DNA from: Isurus oxyrinchus
Lineage: Eukaryota
Assembly: GCA_026770705.1 (NCBI GenBank)
Contig: JANJGN010000021.1
Location: forward strand, 98,518,001 to 98,582,000
DNA: 64,000 bases
Reading direction: 5' to 3'
The notes beneath the pieces were generated by a model. It did no database searches, was not told where the DNA came from, and was given only the letters and a program-made list of their open reading frames with translations. Shown here one piece after another: positions 11,801-23,171 of the stretch; position 1 is the stretch's first letter, and the number at the start of each line of letters is the position of its first letter. Made by a program: the position numbers and the translations under genes.

Positions 11801-14800
11801 TCAATGAAGGAAACTCTGTGTCTTTGTTTCAGCTTCAACAACTGGCTTGGATCCTGTTAACAGCAATGTTGGTTGTGATCCCAGGGATAACTCCTCAGCT
11901 TTTCATCATGACAGTGTAATGGGTTCCTTTACATCCACTTGGGAGAGCAGATGGGGCCTTGGTTTGACATTTCATCTGAAAGACTGAGAAATATTCCCTC
12001 AGTAGTGCACTGGATGTCAGCCTTTACTTGTCTTTTTAAGTTCTGGAGTGGGTATCGGACCCACAACCTTATAATTCAGAAGCTCTCAATCGAACCACAA
12101 ATTGAATAATTTTCCCCACCAATCGCAACAGGACAACAATCATGACTGGAGCCATGCTGTTAGTGACTGAGATTGATGTGCACATAATATGTATTTATGT
12201 AACCATCTACTCATAAAATGTTGCTCGAGAACTCTGCTTTTATTCCATTTAGTTCATAAATTGTTCTATAAATACTCTTTTTGGATACTGTAGAGTGTTT
12301 GCCTTTATATAGTATATTCAACTACAGTATAAACAGATCTTGTTTACTGAGTAAATAGGCCTTGTTTCCTCATAGTCTTACTTGTAACTCTTTCGAGTGC
12401 AAACCCATTTCCATCTGTTTCAGATGAAGTTACATTGTTTCATAGTTTGCCATTGTGAGATTTGAACTCTTGAGGTTACAAACCCAGTACCATAACCATT
12501 TGGCTATTTAGGACGGTGGAAAGCAAAGCATGGGGCTGAAAGAATGTTGCTAAACTGGAAATGGCAGATGGTGTTCTGAAGAAATTCGTGTTGCTGAAGG
12601 CACCAAATTATACAAGAATTCCCAAAGGTCGTGGGTAGGCCATCAGGAAAGGCAAAAGGTGTCAGATGCAATTAAAGGAACAAAATCCAACATAGTACAA
12701 GCTCCACCTATTTGTTGGAAACTGACATGCGCTAAAGTGGAGCATAGGAGAAGAATGCTGTGTGGTCTAGAGGTTATTAAAGCAACAGTGCTTATAGATT
12801 GAAGGGTAAAACAACATCTTTGGTTTTGTGTTGATAGATGTAAAGTACAAAACAATTAGGCAACATTGAACTTCAGCTGCAATTTCTGTATTTTGTACCA
12901 GATTAAGGACCCAATTACAGGAAGAACATTAATTCATAATTCATTGGCAAAGGGGCAATGTTGCATATATGAGGAGGTTAACAGGGATGAAGCATTACAG
13001 GTGTGAATGGAAACTCAAGAGTTTTGGGCAATTTTCACAGCAGCTTCAACGGAACACATACATAGCTCTTCAACATTCCAAAAGGTTACGGTGGTAAACT
13101 AATACAATTGCCTCCACTGCTAGTCCAGACAGTGAAAAGATGATGGAACTGGAAGATAATCTCATAAACTGAGCTTGAAAATGCTTTGCTCCGAGTGTTG
13201 TCTGAATGTTTTAAACCAATTAAACTGGGTTTAAAACAGTTTGTAGATGTACACCCGACATGCGTGCCACAGAACCCCAGACCAGCAGTTGGTGATTTTT
13301 CATCAATTGATTTGAAATGATAAAGGTATCAAAAACCACTCAGATATTCAGACACTTACGAATAAAATAATATGTCAAGTTGGACAAACACCGAGTACTT
13401 CTCACATGTAGCACCATTGAATAATACAGCACAGGAGGAAGCCATTCAGTCCACATTGCCAACGCCAGTTCTTTAAAAGAGCTATTCAATTAATCCCATC
13501 TCCCAACACATTCTTCGTACTCCTGCAAATTTTCTTCCTTCCCTTTATTTATCCACTTCTCTTTTGAATGCTACAGTTAAACATTCTTCCACTGGCCTGC
13601 CAGTCAGTGCATTCCAGATCACAACAACTCTGTGCAAAAAAAAAATCTCATCTCTCCTCTGGTTCATTTGCCAATTGTCTGATAACTGGAAAGGATTTAC
13701 ATTTTAAAGTATGGGTTACAATATCACGTCAGTGAATTTAAGTAGGGCAAGGGCATTACTAGGAAGTTAAGAGACCACATATATGGAACCTTATGGAAAA
13801 TTTGTATGTTGCCAAAATAGTGCTAGAACAACCATTTTGATGTCTCAATGTATAAATCATACACTGCCATTAATGTTTCTGGGTCATGGTATAACTCTTG
13901 ATATGAAGTGAGCTTGGCTGGGGCACAATCAGTCCAGGCAGCAATGGAAGGATGCCAAGAATAACATATTGGAGTAAAGGATTCCAAAGTCCACACTAGT
14001 CAAACATCAGCTGAACTTTAGGACAGGATTCTTATACAATATTCCTCAATCTAATGAGGGTCATTGAAAGAATACATTATCCCTGAATAAAAACTTCTGA
14101 AGTATGACAGCACATTGGTAACTCAATCTTAACAGACTAACCCCATACAGGAGGTTGTGCAATCAAAGCAGTAAAGACAGGGGTTAGGCAAAAGTCTTTA
14201 AACAGGGGGTTGTTTGACTTAAAGAGTGGTTAAGGTAGGCCCTGTTGCAGATTCAATTGAAAGAGGAAATGCACTGTGCTGCTAATTGCATAAGATGAGG
14301 CAATGGGAGTCATCTTGTTCAGTCTGGATAGCCAGTGTAGAAACTCTAGCCAAATGGGCTCCTGCCCTGCTGCAAGATGCTTTGTTTGGGGTACAAGGAG
14401 CCATGCAAAGTCCAAACCAGTAGTTTTAACCTGAATAAAGCAATGTAGGTATTGATAGGGTTTCCTAACATATATGCTCCAGTAAACAATTTATTTGAGT
14501 TAATAGTTTTCTTCTTCTATGTTACAAAGATTCATAAATGTATCCCTTCTAGATTTTCCCTATTTTATTTTACTCACTGAACAGTATTTATATCAGTCCT
14601 GTAATTATCCATGTTACATATTTCTGCTTCTTGGCAAAGATTTGGCATTATACTATGACTTTATCTGTCATATCATACACTTTATTCAATATCTTTATAA
14701 ATTCAGTTTCACTCATTTTATTTTTGTATCAAAGCACTTTGAGGTACTAAGTATAAAAATATACTTATAGATATCCTTATGGTGAATCTAAAATTTAAAA

Positions 14801-17800
14801 TACTGAACAAAGATCCTGAAACTGGATCTGTCTGTAACTCCACAGTAAAAGAAACTACATTGCATTTTTGGAAATCTCACACCCGATTATCTCTGAGGAG
14901 CTACCAATGATCATCTGGTGACTGCACATCACAACTTCAAGTGGTTACACATCATTTGTCAAAGGTAGTGGAGAGATGGGAATCATGTGACATGGGCCTA
15001 CAGCTTGTGGTGTTTAACATCTGACTAGCAGGCAACATCAAAACAGCTCTGGCCCAGGTTGGACACCTGGCCCCATCTACACTGCCTCTGCTGGAAGTTC
15101 TGTGCTATTACCTATAAGATAGGTACGCAGAGCTGAATCAATCTCATCATGTGAAATTAATGCTACTGGAAAAATGAATTCTAAACCATCGGTTTTCAAC
15201 CTGCCAACCTCTGTGAAGGAATAGCTCATTGGACTTTGATTCTGGACTCTGGAACCCACGTGAAGCAATATTTCTTTTCTCTGTGGTCTATATACTGTAA
15301 ATCTTTCATTTCTTTACCCCTCTCTTTACCATCTGAAGGCGAGGGGGGCATTGCAAACCCAATTTTCACATTGAGTTTGTGCAAATAAACTAATCTATTG
15401 AGTTCATCCTATCTCAAGTTTGACGTGGGGTTATTGATAGAAAATTGGATTGCACCAAAACTAGGTGTTGGGAAATATGCCACCACTTATAAAAGGGGAA
15501 ACAAATCAAAACAGCTTTCTGTTTATGGATGGGTGGTGAGAGGAGAAATTAGCGCTGTTTAAATTAACTCCCCTCCTGTTTGTAACAGCAGCTCATGTAA
15601 AATTATGCACTTGTGACATTATGCCACATTCATAAATAAAAATGAATTTCTTCTGTGATATTGTTCACCACTCTTGTTCATGATGCACTCAGCTTATTCC
15701 ACAGTAATCAGACTGTTTTTCTGTTTATTAATTTCTTAACGGTCTTCACCACTGTTCAAAGTACAAACATACGAGCATATGAATTAGGAGCAGCGGTAGG
15801 CCATTTGGACCCTTGAGCCTGCTCTGCCATTCAATAAGGTCATGGCAGATCTGATTGTGGCCTCAACTCTGCTTTCCTGCCTATCCTCTATACTCTTTGA
15901 CTCCCTTGTCAATCAAGAACCTATCTACCTGTGCCTTAAAAATATTCAGTGTCCCCACCTCCACTGCTTTCTGGGGAAAAGGGTTCCACAGACAAAATGT
16001 GGCAAGCTGTTCAACTGCTCAATCGCTTCAGTGGGACTGGGAGATCTTGTCGCCTGGAGGAGCCATACAATTCTGCCAATGAAGAGGATTTTAGTACACT
16101 CTTGTTACCCTTCCCCTGTAGTCAAATGTTTTCTCTTTGGATAATTATCCATTTCCCATTTGAAAGCCACAACTGAACCAGCCTCCACCACACTCTTAGG
16201 CAGCGAATTCCAGATCCTAACTACTCACTGCATCAAACAGTTTTCCTCATGTCACCTTTTGTTCTTTGCCTTGCACCTTAAATCATGTCATCTGTTCTCA
16301 GCCCTTCTGTCAATGCCAGCAGTTTCCCATTTTCTACTTTGTCTAGACTCCTGAGATTTTCAAAACCTCTATTGAATCTTCAGTCAACCTTTGCTTCTCT
16401 AAGGAGAACAACCTCAATTTCCCCAATTTATCTAAATAACTGAAGCTCCTCATCCCTGGAACTATTCTTGTAAGTCACTGCTGCACCTTCTCTAACACTT
16501 TAATATCCTTCCTAAAATGCGGAGCCCAGAATTAGAAACAATATTCTAGTTAAGGCTGAACCAGTGTTTTATAAAGGTTCATTATATCCTTTGTTTCTGT
16601 GCATTATGTCTCTATTTATGAAGCCTAGGATTCAGAATGCCTTCTCAGCAACTCCCTCAATCTGCCCTGCCACCTTCAGTGATATGTGCATATATAAGCC
16701 AGGTCCCTTTGCTCCTGGTAGAATTATGTCCTTTATTTTACATTGCCTCTCCTCCATCTGCCTCTCCTCGTTCTTCCTACACCTCTCTGTATCAAGTTTC
16801 ATCAGCCAGGCATCCGTACATTCCACCAGGTATCTAGGTTCTCTTGAAGTCTACCTCCGTCCTTCTCACAGTTCACAATACTAGCAAGTTTTGTGGCATG
16901 TACATGTTTTTTTGAAATTGTGCCCTGTGCACGCAAGCCTAGGTAATTAATATAAAGCAAGAAAGGAATTGGTTCAAACATGGACCCTGGGCATCCACCA
17001 CCCCCAGCCCCAATGGTTCAGCACCAACTGCACTCCCCTTTTCCAGGGCCCAGCCTGGGGGACCCCACTACATACCTGACTCCAGTACGAAATTTCCTGT
17101 CACTCAACCAATTTCCTATCCATGCTGCCGCTGCCCCTTTTATTCCATTCAATAAATACAGGTTGCTGCTTTCCTTAATATGAAGTACGGGTGAAACAGG
17201 GCACACAGAGTACATGGGGATAACACAAACAGGTGGATACATAGAAGGGGGCAACAAAAATCTAGAGGTCTACATGCGGATACAGACAAGATAGCATTTA
17301 AAAAGGCCCAAAATATAGGGACAGTCAGATTATTAAGTGTCAGTCCAGCCCGACGTTCGTGACAATCCAACCTGACAGTCCTTAGTGTTCGCTTGCACTT
17401 TGTACAGTCTCTGTAATCATCTGCAGCGATCTTCAAAGTACAATTGCAGCAACATCCTGTACCATAAACTCAGGCCCATTTGAAAATCTTATTGCTACTG
17501 GAAAGACAGTCTTCCCAGTAAACATGATTAGTTCAACTGCCTCACTTCTAAAGAACCAGAACATCATAACCTCTACCCGCGGTCCCCAAAACACGCCTTG
17601 TGTCCCTTACCTTGTACTTTTTCACCGCATCCCCAACAGGCAGGAAGCTGTGCTCCGAATGTGCGGGTGAATCTCTACAAATGACACAGATCAGGGACAG
17701 ATCGTCCTCACAGAAGAGCTTCAGCTTCTCGTCGTGTTCCTCACAGTGAGACCCCACCGCCTCTCCGTCAGGCTGAGGGTCCGGCTTCAGGTCTAGCAGC

Positions 17801-18036
17801 CGGGCTTTCTCACAGAGATTGGCCAACACCCTGGCATTTTTATAGCACTTCTGGGAGAAAACAGCGCGGCATTCCGGGCAGGACACGACCTCACTCTGGT
17901 TTTCCCAACACTTCTGGATACAGGATTTACAGAAGTTGTGATCACAGTCCAGCCGCACCGGCTCCACAAACAGAGACAGGCAGATGGAGCAGGTTAAATC
18001 CTCGGCCAATGTTAACACCTGCTTGACGGTAGCCAT
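5282..18036 (-). CDS. TRIM E3 ligase (RING, B-box2, coiled coil, PRY-SPRY/B30.2; TRIM39/TRIM69/XNF7-like architecture), 6 exons, 527 aa, intact
   Basis: Exons 18036-17611 (426), 10864-10769 (96), 10535-10302 (234), 6882-6860 (23), 6771-6494 (278), 5808-5282 (527) total 1584 nt. All junctions GT/AG, phases 0,0,0,2,1, no internal stop. The 96/~231-234/23-nt exon series is typical of class IV TRIM genes. Confidence 0.92.
6494..6771 (-). CDS. TRIM gene 1 exon 5 (linker with D/E-rich expansion)
   Basis: CAG|A-CLGNEGEEGSDEDDADDEDD...LGEFRGPLLYAIWKEMKEIISP-G|GTGAG; the end matches the usual pre-PRY motif (F.GPL.Y..WKEM). Confidence 0.88.
6655..6741 (-). repeat. Coding (GAT/GAA/GCT)n repeat with 18-nt units GATGATGCTGATGATGAA encoding DDADDE
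   Basis: Plus strand reads (tcatcttcatcatcagca)n. Confidence 0.9.
6860..6882 (-). CDS. TRIM gene 1 exon 4 (23-nt microexon)
   Basis: CAG|GAAATGAAAAGATTGCCAGAAAG|GTGTGT = EMKRLPE(R); restores frame into exon 5. Confidence 0.85.
7180..8190 (+). mobile_element. Old degraded CR1 LINE in TRIM1 intron 3
   Basis: Residual YMD..KAFNKVPHKRLL, SSLLT (SKFAD-like) and LYKALVRSHL motifs. Confidence 0.7.
8540..8810 (+). mobile_element. tRNA-derived SINE
   Basis: Pol III A box TGGCGCAGTGG (8547-8557) and B-box-like GGTTTGAGTCT (~8590-8600); no complete cloverleaf. Confidence 0.6.
10302..10535 (-). CDS. TRIM gene 1 exon 3 (coiled coil, 234 nt)
   Basis: TAG|ELTGTLEQHISKQFAKIHQYLQDKETCLIEEL...QQDNIIFLK|GTAAC; open frame. 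Confidence 0.9.
10769..10864 (-). CDS. TRIM gene 1 exon 2 (coiled coil, 96 nt)
   Basis: CAG|VQLKSSLDSLEDRKKCKSELKHQQEEKISELD|GTAAG; about 82% nucleotide identity to paralog exon 61074-61169. Confidence 0.9.
11590..12090 (-). mobile_element. Deu-domain-type SINE interrupted by a ~200-bp LTR-like insert (~11658-11861)
   Basis: Contains gggagagcagatggggccttggtttgacatttcatctgaaaga and ccctcagtagtgcactgg, recalled as typical of shark Deu-SINEs; the insert has TATAAATA, AATAAA and an ..AACA end. Confidence 0.5.
15770..17150 (-). mobile_element. Degraded CR1 LINE fragments in TRIM1 intron 1
   Basis: ORF fragments HISLKVAGQIEGVAEKAF and GIKGAAAAWIGNWLSDRK; CR1-type 3' end near 15770-15850. Confidence 0.7.
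17611..18036 (-). CDS. TRIM gene 1 exon 1: C3HC4 RING + B-box2
   Basis: [31 protein letters not shown]...CPECR; CEEHDEKLKLFCEDDLSLICVICRDSPAHSEH; donor AAG|GTAAG at 17611/17610. Confidence 0.95.
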
Positions 18037-18056
18037 GTCATTGTCCTGGAGTCCAC

Positions 18057-18073
18057 GTTTTCACTTTCATTTC
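18057..18073 (-). promoter_or_regulatory. ISRE/IRF-binding element of TRIM gene 1
   Basis: GAAATGAAAGTGAAAAC on the minus strand, 20 nt before the ATG; an equivalent motif sits at the same place in the paralog; palindromic ATTGGCCAAT at 18099-18108. Confidence 0.7.
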
Positions 18074-18111
18074 TTCATCGATTGCTGATCAAAGAACAAT
18101 TGGCCAATAGA

Positions 18112-20840
18112 GATTCACTCACACTGTCACGTGATACTATACAACACGATGTCTTAAAGCTACTGTCACTGCATTCCTTAAAGCCACAATTACTACATTC
18201 CTTCCCCCTTTAAATTTTGTTGCACAGTTTGTATTTATAAGAACATCTACCTTCATGACATTACAAATATATACATGGGTCGTGGAATATAAGTCCAGTC
18301 TCTCAGGTCCGGTGGAGCGTTGTAGCTCCACCACTTGTGAATATCTTACAGGATCCGGAGCAATATCGGGTACTTCTTCAGGCACAGGCAGCTCAGTGCT
18401 ACCTACTCTGACAGAGACATCTGACGTGGCTTTCCTTGGCTGAACAATTTCAACAGGGAGCACAGGTTCTACAACGGTTACAGGTGGAACATCATTTTGT
18501 TGGGGTTTCTCCCTTCTTCTCAAATGATCCACTTGTTTGCAGGTGATCCAGCCCTCCATTTCTACGTGATAGGACAAGGGTCTGGCCACAGAAACTATTA
18601 CACCAGGTAACCACTGCATCTTGGAAAGTTCTATGACTTTTCCTTTTAAAGCCTCTTTAGCTTTATTCAGCCGATTCTTCAGCTGTTTGTTAGACAGCTA
18701 GCTTCACAGAGCTGGCACTGTCTTGGAGTTTCTCCGAACTCCGGTATCCAGTTTTATACAACTCCAGGGCTTCCCCCGAGCTCTCTCGGATTACCAGGGC
18801 TTCCCTTGAGCTCTCTCCGATTACCAGGGCTTCCCCTGAGCCGTCTCCGAATACCAGGGCTTCCCCTGAGCTCTCTCCGATTACCAGGGCTTCCCCGAGC
18901 TCTCTCCGATTACCAGGGCTTCCCCTGAGCTCTCTCCGATTACCAGAGCTTCCCCTGAGCTCTCACCGATTACCAGAGCTTCCCCTGAGCTCTCACCGAT
19001 TACCAGGGCTTCCCCTGAGCTCTCTCGGATTACCAGGGCTTCCCCTGAGCTCTCTCCGATTACCAGGGCTTCCCCTGAGCTCTCTCCAATTACCAGGTCT
19101 TCCCCTGAGACCTGTCCGATTACCAGGGCTTCCCCTGAGCCCTCTCCGATTACCGGGGCTTCCCCTGAGCCCTGTCCGATTACCAGGGCTTCCCCGAGCT
19201 CTCTCCAATTACCAGGGCTTCCCTGAGCTCTCTCCGATTACCAGGGCTTCCCCTGAGCTCTCTCCGATGACCAGGGCTTCCCCTGAGCCCTCTCCGATTA
19301 CCAGGGCTTCCCCTGAGCTCTCTCCGATGACCAGGGCTTCCCCTGAGCCCTCTCCGATTACCGGGGCTTCCCCTGAGCCCTCTCCGATTACCAGGGCTTC
19401 CCCGGGCTCTCTCCGATTACCAGGGCTTCCCCGAGCTCTCTCCGATTACCAGGCTTCCCCTGAGCCCGCTCCGATTACCAGGGCTTCCCCTGAGCCCTCT
19501 CTGATTACCAGGGCTTCCCCAAGCCCTTTTTGAGTTTCTTCTGTTGTGCTTCTATTCTACTGTTAAAGACAGACTTTATTTCTTCATGTTGCTGAATGGT
19601 TACACATTCCTTTTGCATTTGGTCTTGAAGGACAATCAACTGTTCTTTCAACTGTTTACTTTCTGGTTATCCTCCCTTTGGGGCTTCCTGTTGTCTTTGG
19701 CGGAGTTGTCTTCTCTCTGGGGTCTCTTGTTGTCTTCTGCTGGGTTGCTCCACCCAGGAATCTCTTCTTGCCAATGGACTTGCATTGTGAGTTTCCCTCT
19801 CACTGGGGTCTCTTCTAATTGTATGTCCATAGCAATTTTTCTTGTATTTAACCACTTTAAATGTTTTGCCACTTTAAGAGGAGTCACCTTTTTTTTAACA
19901 CCAGCTGTCTCTGCAGGTGTCAGCTTTTCTGTGCTGTTTTCAAGTTTCCTGTGCTTTTCATGTTTTGATGGGCTCACTGGAAAACAGGGCTGCGATTTTT
20001 TTCAACTCTATAAAACTTCCTTCATGTTCAAAAAACTCAGCAGTGAATTTTTCTCCCTTTTCTGGGCGATTCTGCAGGGTTTTTCTGTTTTTTTTTTACT
20101 AACTCCGCAGGATCATTTGACATTGGATGTCTCACACTTCAGGAGACCCAGTGGCCTCATGGTCCAATCTGAGCTAGAGTTTTTTTTAAATTTAAAACTA
20201 CAACACTGCTTTCTGCTCCAATTGCCTTTTAAAAAAAACTTGCAAGCTGTCTGCTCTCCAGCAAGCAATTTTTTTAAAACTCTGCAGTCTTTTTTTTAAC
20301 TGTGCACTGCAGGTTGTTTTTAAACCTTTCTTTACTTGCAGCAGCCGCCTATTTTACAATGATTCCCTTTTTTTTATTTTTATTTTTGCCTCTGCAGGTC
20401 CTTTTATTTAAATGCCGGGAGTGCTCCTGGAGATTCTTCAGCCATTTGGATCAGAGGCCTTTTTTTTTCTTTAACTTAAAACAACAGCACATCTGTTTTT
20501 TCTGTTTGAGCTCTGCAGCATACCTGGTGAGTATATTTTCCTTTTCTTCTGTTTAAACAAGATACTCACAGTCACTGGGCGAGGGACAACACCAGGCCCA
20601 ATCCCATTCTCATGTTATGAACTTGATTTTCCAGACAGGTTTCTCATTAGAAACATAGAACTTTATTTACAGGCTGCAGCAGCAGTTACATGTTTCCATC
20701 GAGCTCCACAACTAGAAGAACTTCCACTCTAAGGTTCCCTGTGCTTAAAGCTGATTCATTCACACTGTCACGTGATACTATAGAACACAATAAGTCTTAA
20801 AGCTACAGGCACTACATTCCTTAAAGCTACAATTACTACA
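18112..20840 (-). mobile_element. Deleted non-autonomous Gypsy-type LTR element (5' LTR ~20613-20840; truncated 3' LTR 18112-18197)
   Basis: Direct repeat 18112-18197 vs 20753-20840, starting TGTAGTAATTG on minus. Polypurine tract TTTAAAGGGGGAAGGAA abuts the 3' LTR. Integrase C-terminus WLPGVIV..PLSYHVE..QVDHLRRR and LQRSTGPERLDL (ORF 18137-18619). AATAAA inside the 5' LTR. Confidence 0.8.
18767..19525. repeat. ~30-bp minisatellite (CCGATTACCAGGGCTTCCCCTGAGCTCTCT), about 25 copies, inside the LTR element
   Basis: Directly visible tandem units; ORF track shows RELRGSPGNR and PITRASPEPS periodicity. Confidence 0.97.
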
Positions 20841-21859
20841 CAGTTCATCTTTATCTGCTGTATCAACACCCTTCATGATTTTAAACTCTCCAATTAAATC
20901 TCTTTTACCTTTTCTGTTCTAAAGAGAAAAATAACAGCTTCTTCAGTCTCTCCACATCACTCATCCCTATTGCCATTCTAATAAATTCCCTCTGCATGCT
21001 CTCCAAAGCGTCGATGTTTTAAAAATGGCAACATGCAATTGTTTTAGATAAATTAAATTGTTGTCGCCAGCCTGTGTGAAAATGGATGAGTGCAATTTGA
21101 TAAAGGAAGACAGAGGTGGTGAAGTAGCCACTAGAGGGCGTCCACATCCCATTTATTGGGCAAGATTTCCCCAGACCACAGAAACCACTGCCATTTATCT
21201 TGGCCCCTCATGTCTTCTAGCCTATTCTGGACTTTCAGTTATGAAGCAACCTGTCTCAGAGCAATCTGTGGTGTCCAACTGGTAGTCAGCCGGTCAAAGT
21301 TACTGTGGATTGCACTGAAGGTGCACAAGGAAGTAAAAGGAAGAACAAAAGGGAAGGTCCAGCACCTGCAGTATTTTTCTTTTGCTGCAATAAAGATGGA
21401 GGAACAAAAAGCACTGGAGATTGTTACATAAGGTCATGGCTTAAGGGGGTAATATGAGTTGAGTATTAGTTAGTGGGTAGCAACCAGAGTAGGGAACAAA
21501 GGGTAATTTGAGGGATCACAGAGTGAGAGCAGTAAGGTGCCACAAGGATCAGTGCCTGAGCCTCAGCTATTTGCATATTATATCAATGTATATCCAAGTT
21601 TGATGACGATATAAAGCTAGGTGGGAAAGTAAGCTATGAGAGGAGGCCACAAAGAGAAAGAGAAACAGACAGGGCAAGAAGATGGAGTATAAAATGGGGA
21701 AGCGTGAGGTGATTCGAAAGAAAGAAATGAAAAGCAGAATTTTTTTTGAACAGGAGAGGCAGCGCAATGTTGATATTCAACGAGATTTGGAGGTTGTTGC
21801 ACACAAATCACAGGAAGTTTACATGAGTATTGCTGAAAAAAATATACCTTTTTTGTAAA

Positions 21860-22451
21860 GCTCCCTATCCACTGTCCAATTAGACACTCCCAGGACAGGT
21901 ACAGCACTGGGTTAGATACAGAGTAAAGCTCCTCCTACGCTGTCCTCATCAAACACTCCCAGGTCAGGTACAGCACGGGGTTAGATACAGAGTAAAGCTC
22001 CCTCTACACTGTGCCCATCAAACACTCCCAGGTCAGGTACAGCACAGGTTAGATACAGAACAAAGGTCCCTCTACACTGTCCTCATCAAACACTCCCAGG
22101 ACAGGTACAGCACGGGGTTAGATACAGAGTAAAACTCCCTCTACACTGTTCCATCAAACACTCCCAGGTCAGGTACAGCACGAGGTTTGATACAGAATAA
22201 AGGTCCCTCTACACTGTTCCATTAAACACTCCCAGGACAGGTACAGCACAGGTTAGATACAGAGTAAAGCTCCCTCTACACTGTGCCCATCAAACACTCC
22301 CAGGTCAGGTACAGCACGGGGTTAGATACAGAGTAAAACTCCCTCTACACTGTCCCCATCAAACACTCCCAGGACAGGTACAGCACAGGTTAGATACGGA
22401 ACAAAGGTCCCTCTACACTGTTCCATCAAACACTCCCAGGTCAGGTACAGG
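21860..22451. repeat. ~67-70-bp minisatellite (ACACTCCCAGGACAGGTACAGCACGGGGTTAGATACAGAGTAAAGCTCCCTCTACACTGTCCCCATCAA), 8-9 copies
   Basis: Directly visible tandem units. Confidence 0.97.
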
Positions 22452-22692
22452 ATGGACAAATACACAATAACACTAGCTCCACAGAGCTCCATCAAATATC
22501 TGAAGAAGGAACACAGGATCTGTTCTGGAGGGTGCTGGCATGATCCCCAGTAAAGTGTTCGGAATCTGAGGAGAATGTGGGAAGAGAATGGAAGAAAATA
22601 AATTATTCCCGGGCATTGGCTACTGGGAATGGAAACACAGTCGGTTAGCAGTTAGGAACTTGTCAGTCTCAGCAGCATGTATTTTTTGAAGA

Positions 22693-22698
22693 TTTATT
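22693..22698 (-). terminator. Candidate polyadenylation signal of the MHC class I gene
   Basis: AATAAA on the minus strand about 160 nt after the stop at 22858. Confidence 0.5.
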
Positions 22699-22758
22699 TT
22701 ACATTTACAAATAACATTTAAGAAGCAGATGCACAATCTTTGCCCTATGAATGTATGA

Positions 22759-23048
22759 ATCTCTGCTGATCGCTGCTAGTCTCTGCCATTCTCTGATGGT
22801 TTCCGCCAGTCTCTCTGATCTCTGCCATTCTCAACTGTCTCGGACAGTTGCTGCTGGTCATTGCTGCTCTCTGCCACTATCTGCTGGACTCTGCCAGTGC
22901 TTGCTCGTCTCCCACCAGTCTCTGCATATCCTCCGCCAGTTGCACCAGTTTCTAATGGTCTCTGTCAACCTCTGCTGGCCTCCGTCAGTCTCTGTTAGTG
23001 CCTGTTGGTCTCTGCAAGTGTCTGCCAGTCTCTGCTGGTTGCTGCCTG
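22759..23048 (-). repeat. Degenerate 10-nt minisatellite (consensus YRGCAGAGAC), about 28 units, spanning the MHC tail and 3' UTR
   Basis: CAGCAGAGAC TGGCAGACAC TTGCAGAGAC CAACAGGCAC TAACAGAGAC ... TGGCAGAGAC TAGCAGCGAT CAGCAGAGAT. Confidence 0.8.
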
Positions 23049-23171
23049 TCACATCACTTGGCCTCTGCCTCCAGAAACCAAAGCCAATGATGATGCCAAG
23101 AAGAGTGAGTGAGAGGGCTGCTGCTCCAATCACAATTCTGACCTTCATGCCTCCTTGTGTCACTCTCTCTG
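22858..23171 (-). CDS. MHC class I connecting peptide, TM and cytoplasmic tail exon
   Basis: NAGNAG acceptor (TCAG|CAG|) in phase 1; hydrophobic IVIGAAALSLTLLGIIIGFGFW followed by basic RQR and a 70-aa tail. Confidence 0.75.

Noticed and set aside
12438-12512. tRNA-like sequence on the minus strand (also 8540-8610 and ~62955-63030)
   Set aside because: Only A/B boxes are recognisable, without proper acceptor and anticodon stems; better explained as SINE heads.
19544-20556. 251-aa and 84-aa Phe/Leu-rich plus-strand ORFs as membrane proteins
   Set aside because: Antisense to the A-rich interior of the LTR element; low complexity, no domain or splice support.
18767-22451. Regular 30-bp and ~69-bp arrays (also 33-bp at 34493-34753) as CRISPR-like arrays or repeat-protein genes
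   Set aside because: Head-to-tail units without unique spacers, in a eukaryotic context; unit-length indels break the frames; no cas genes.
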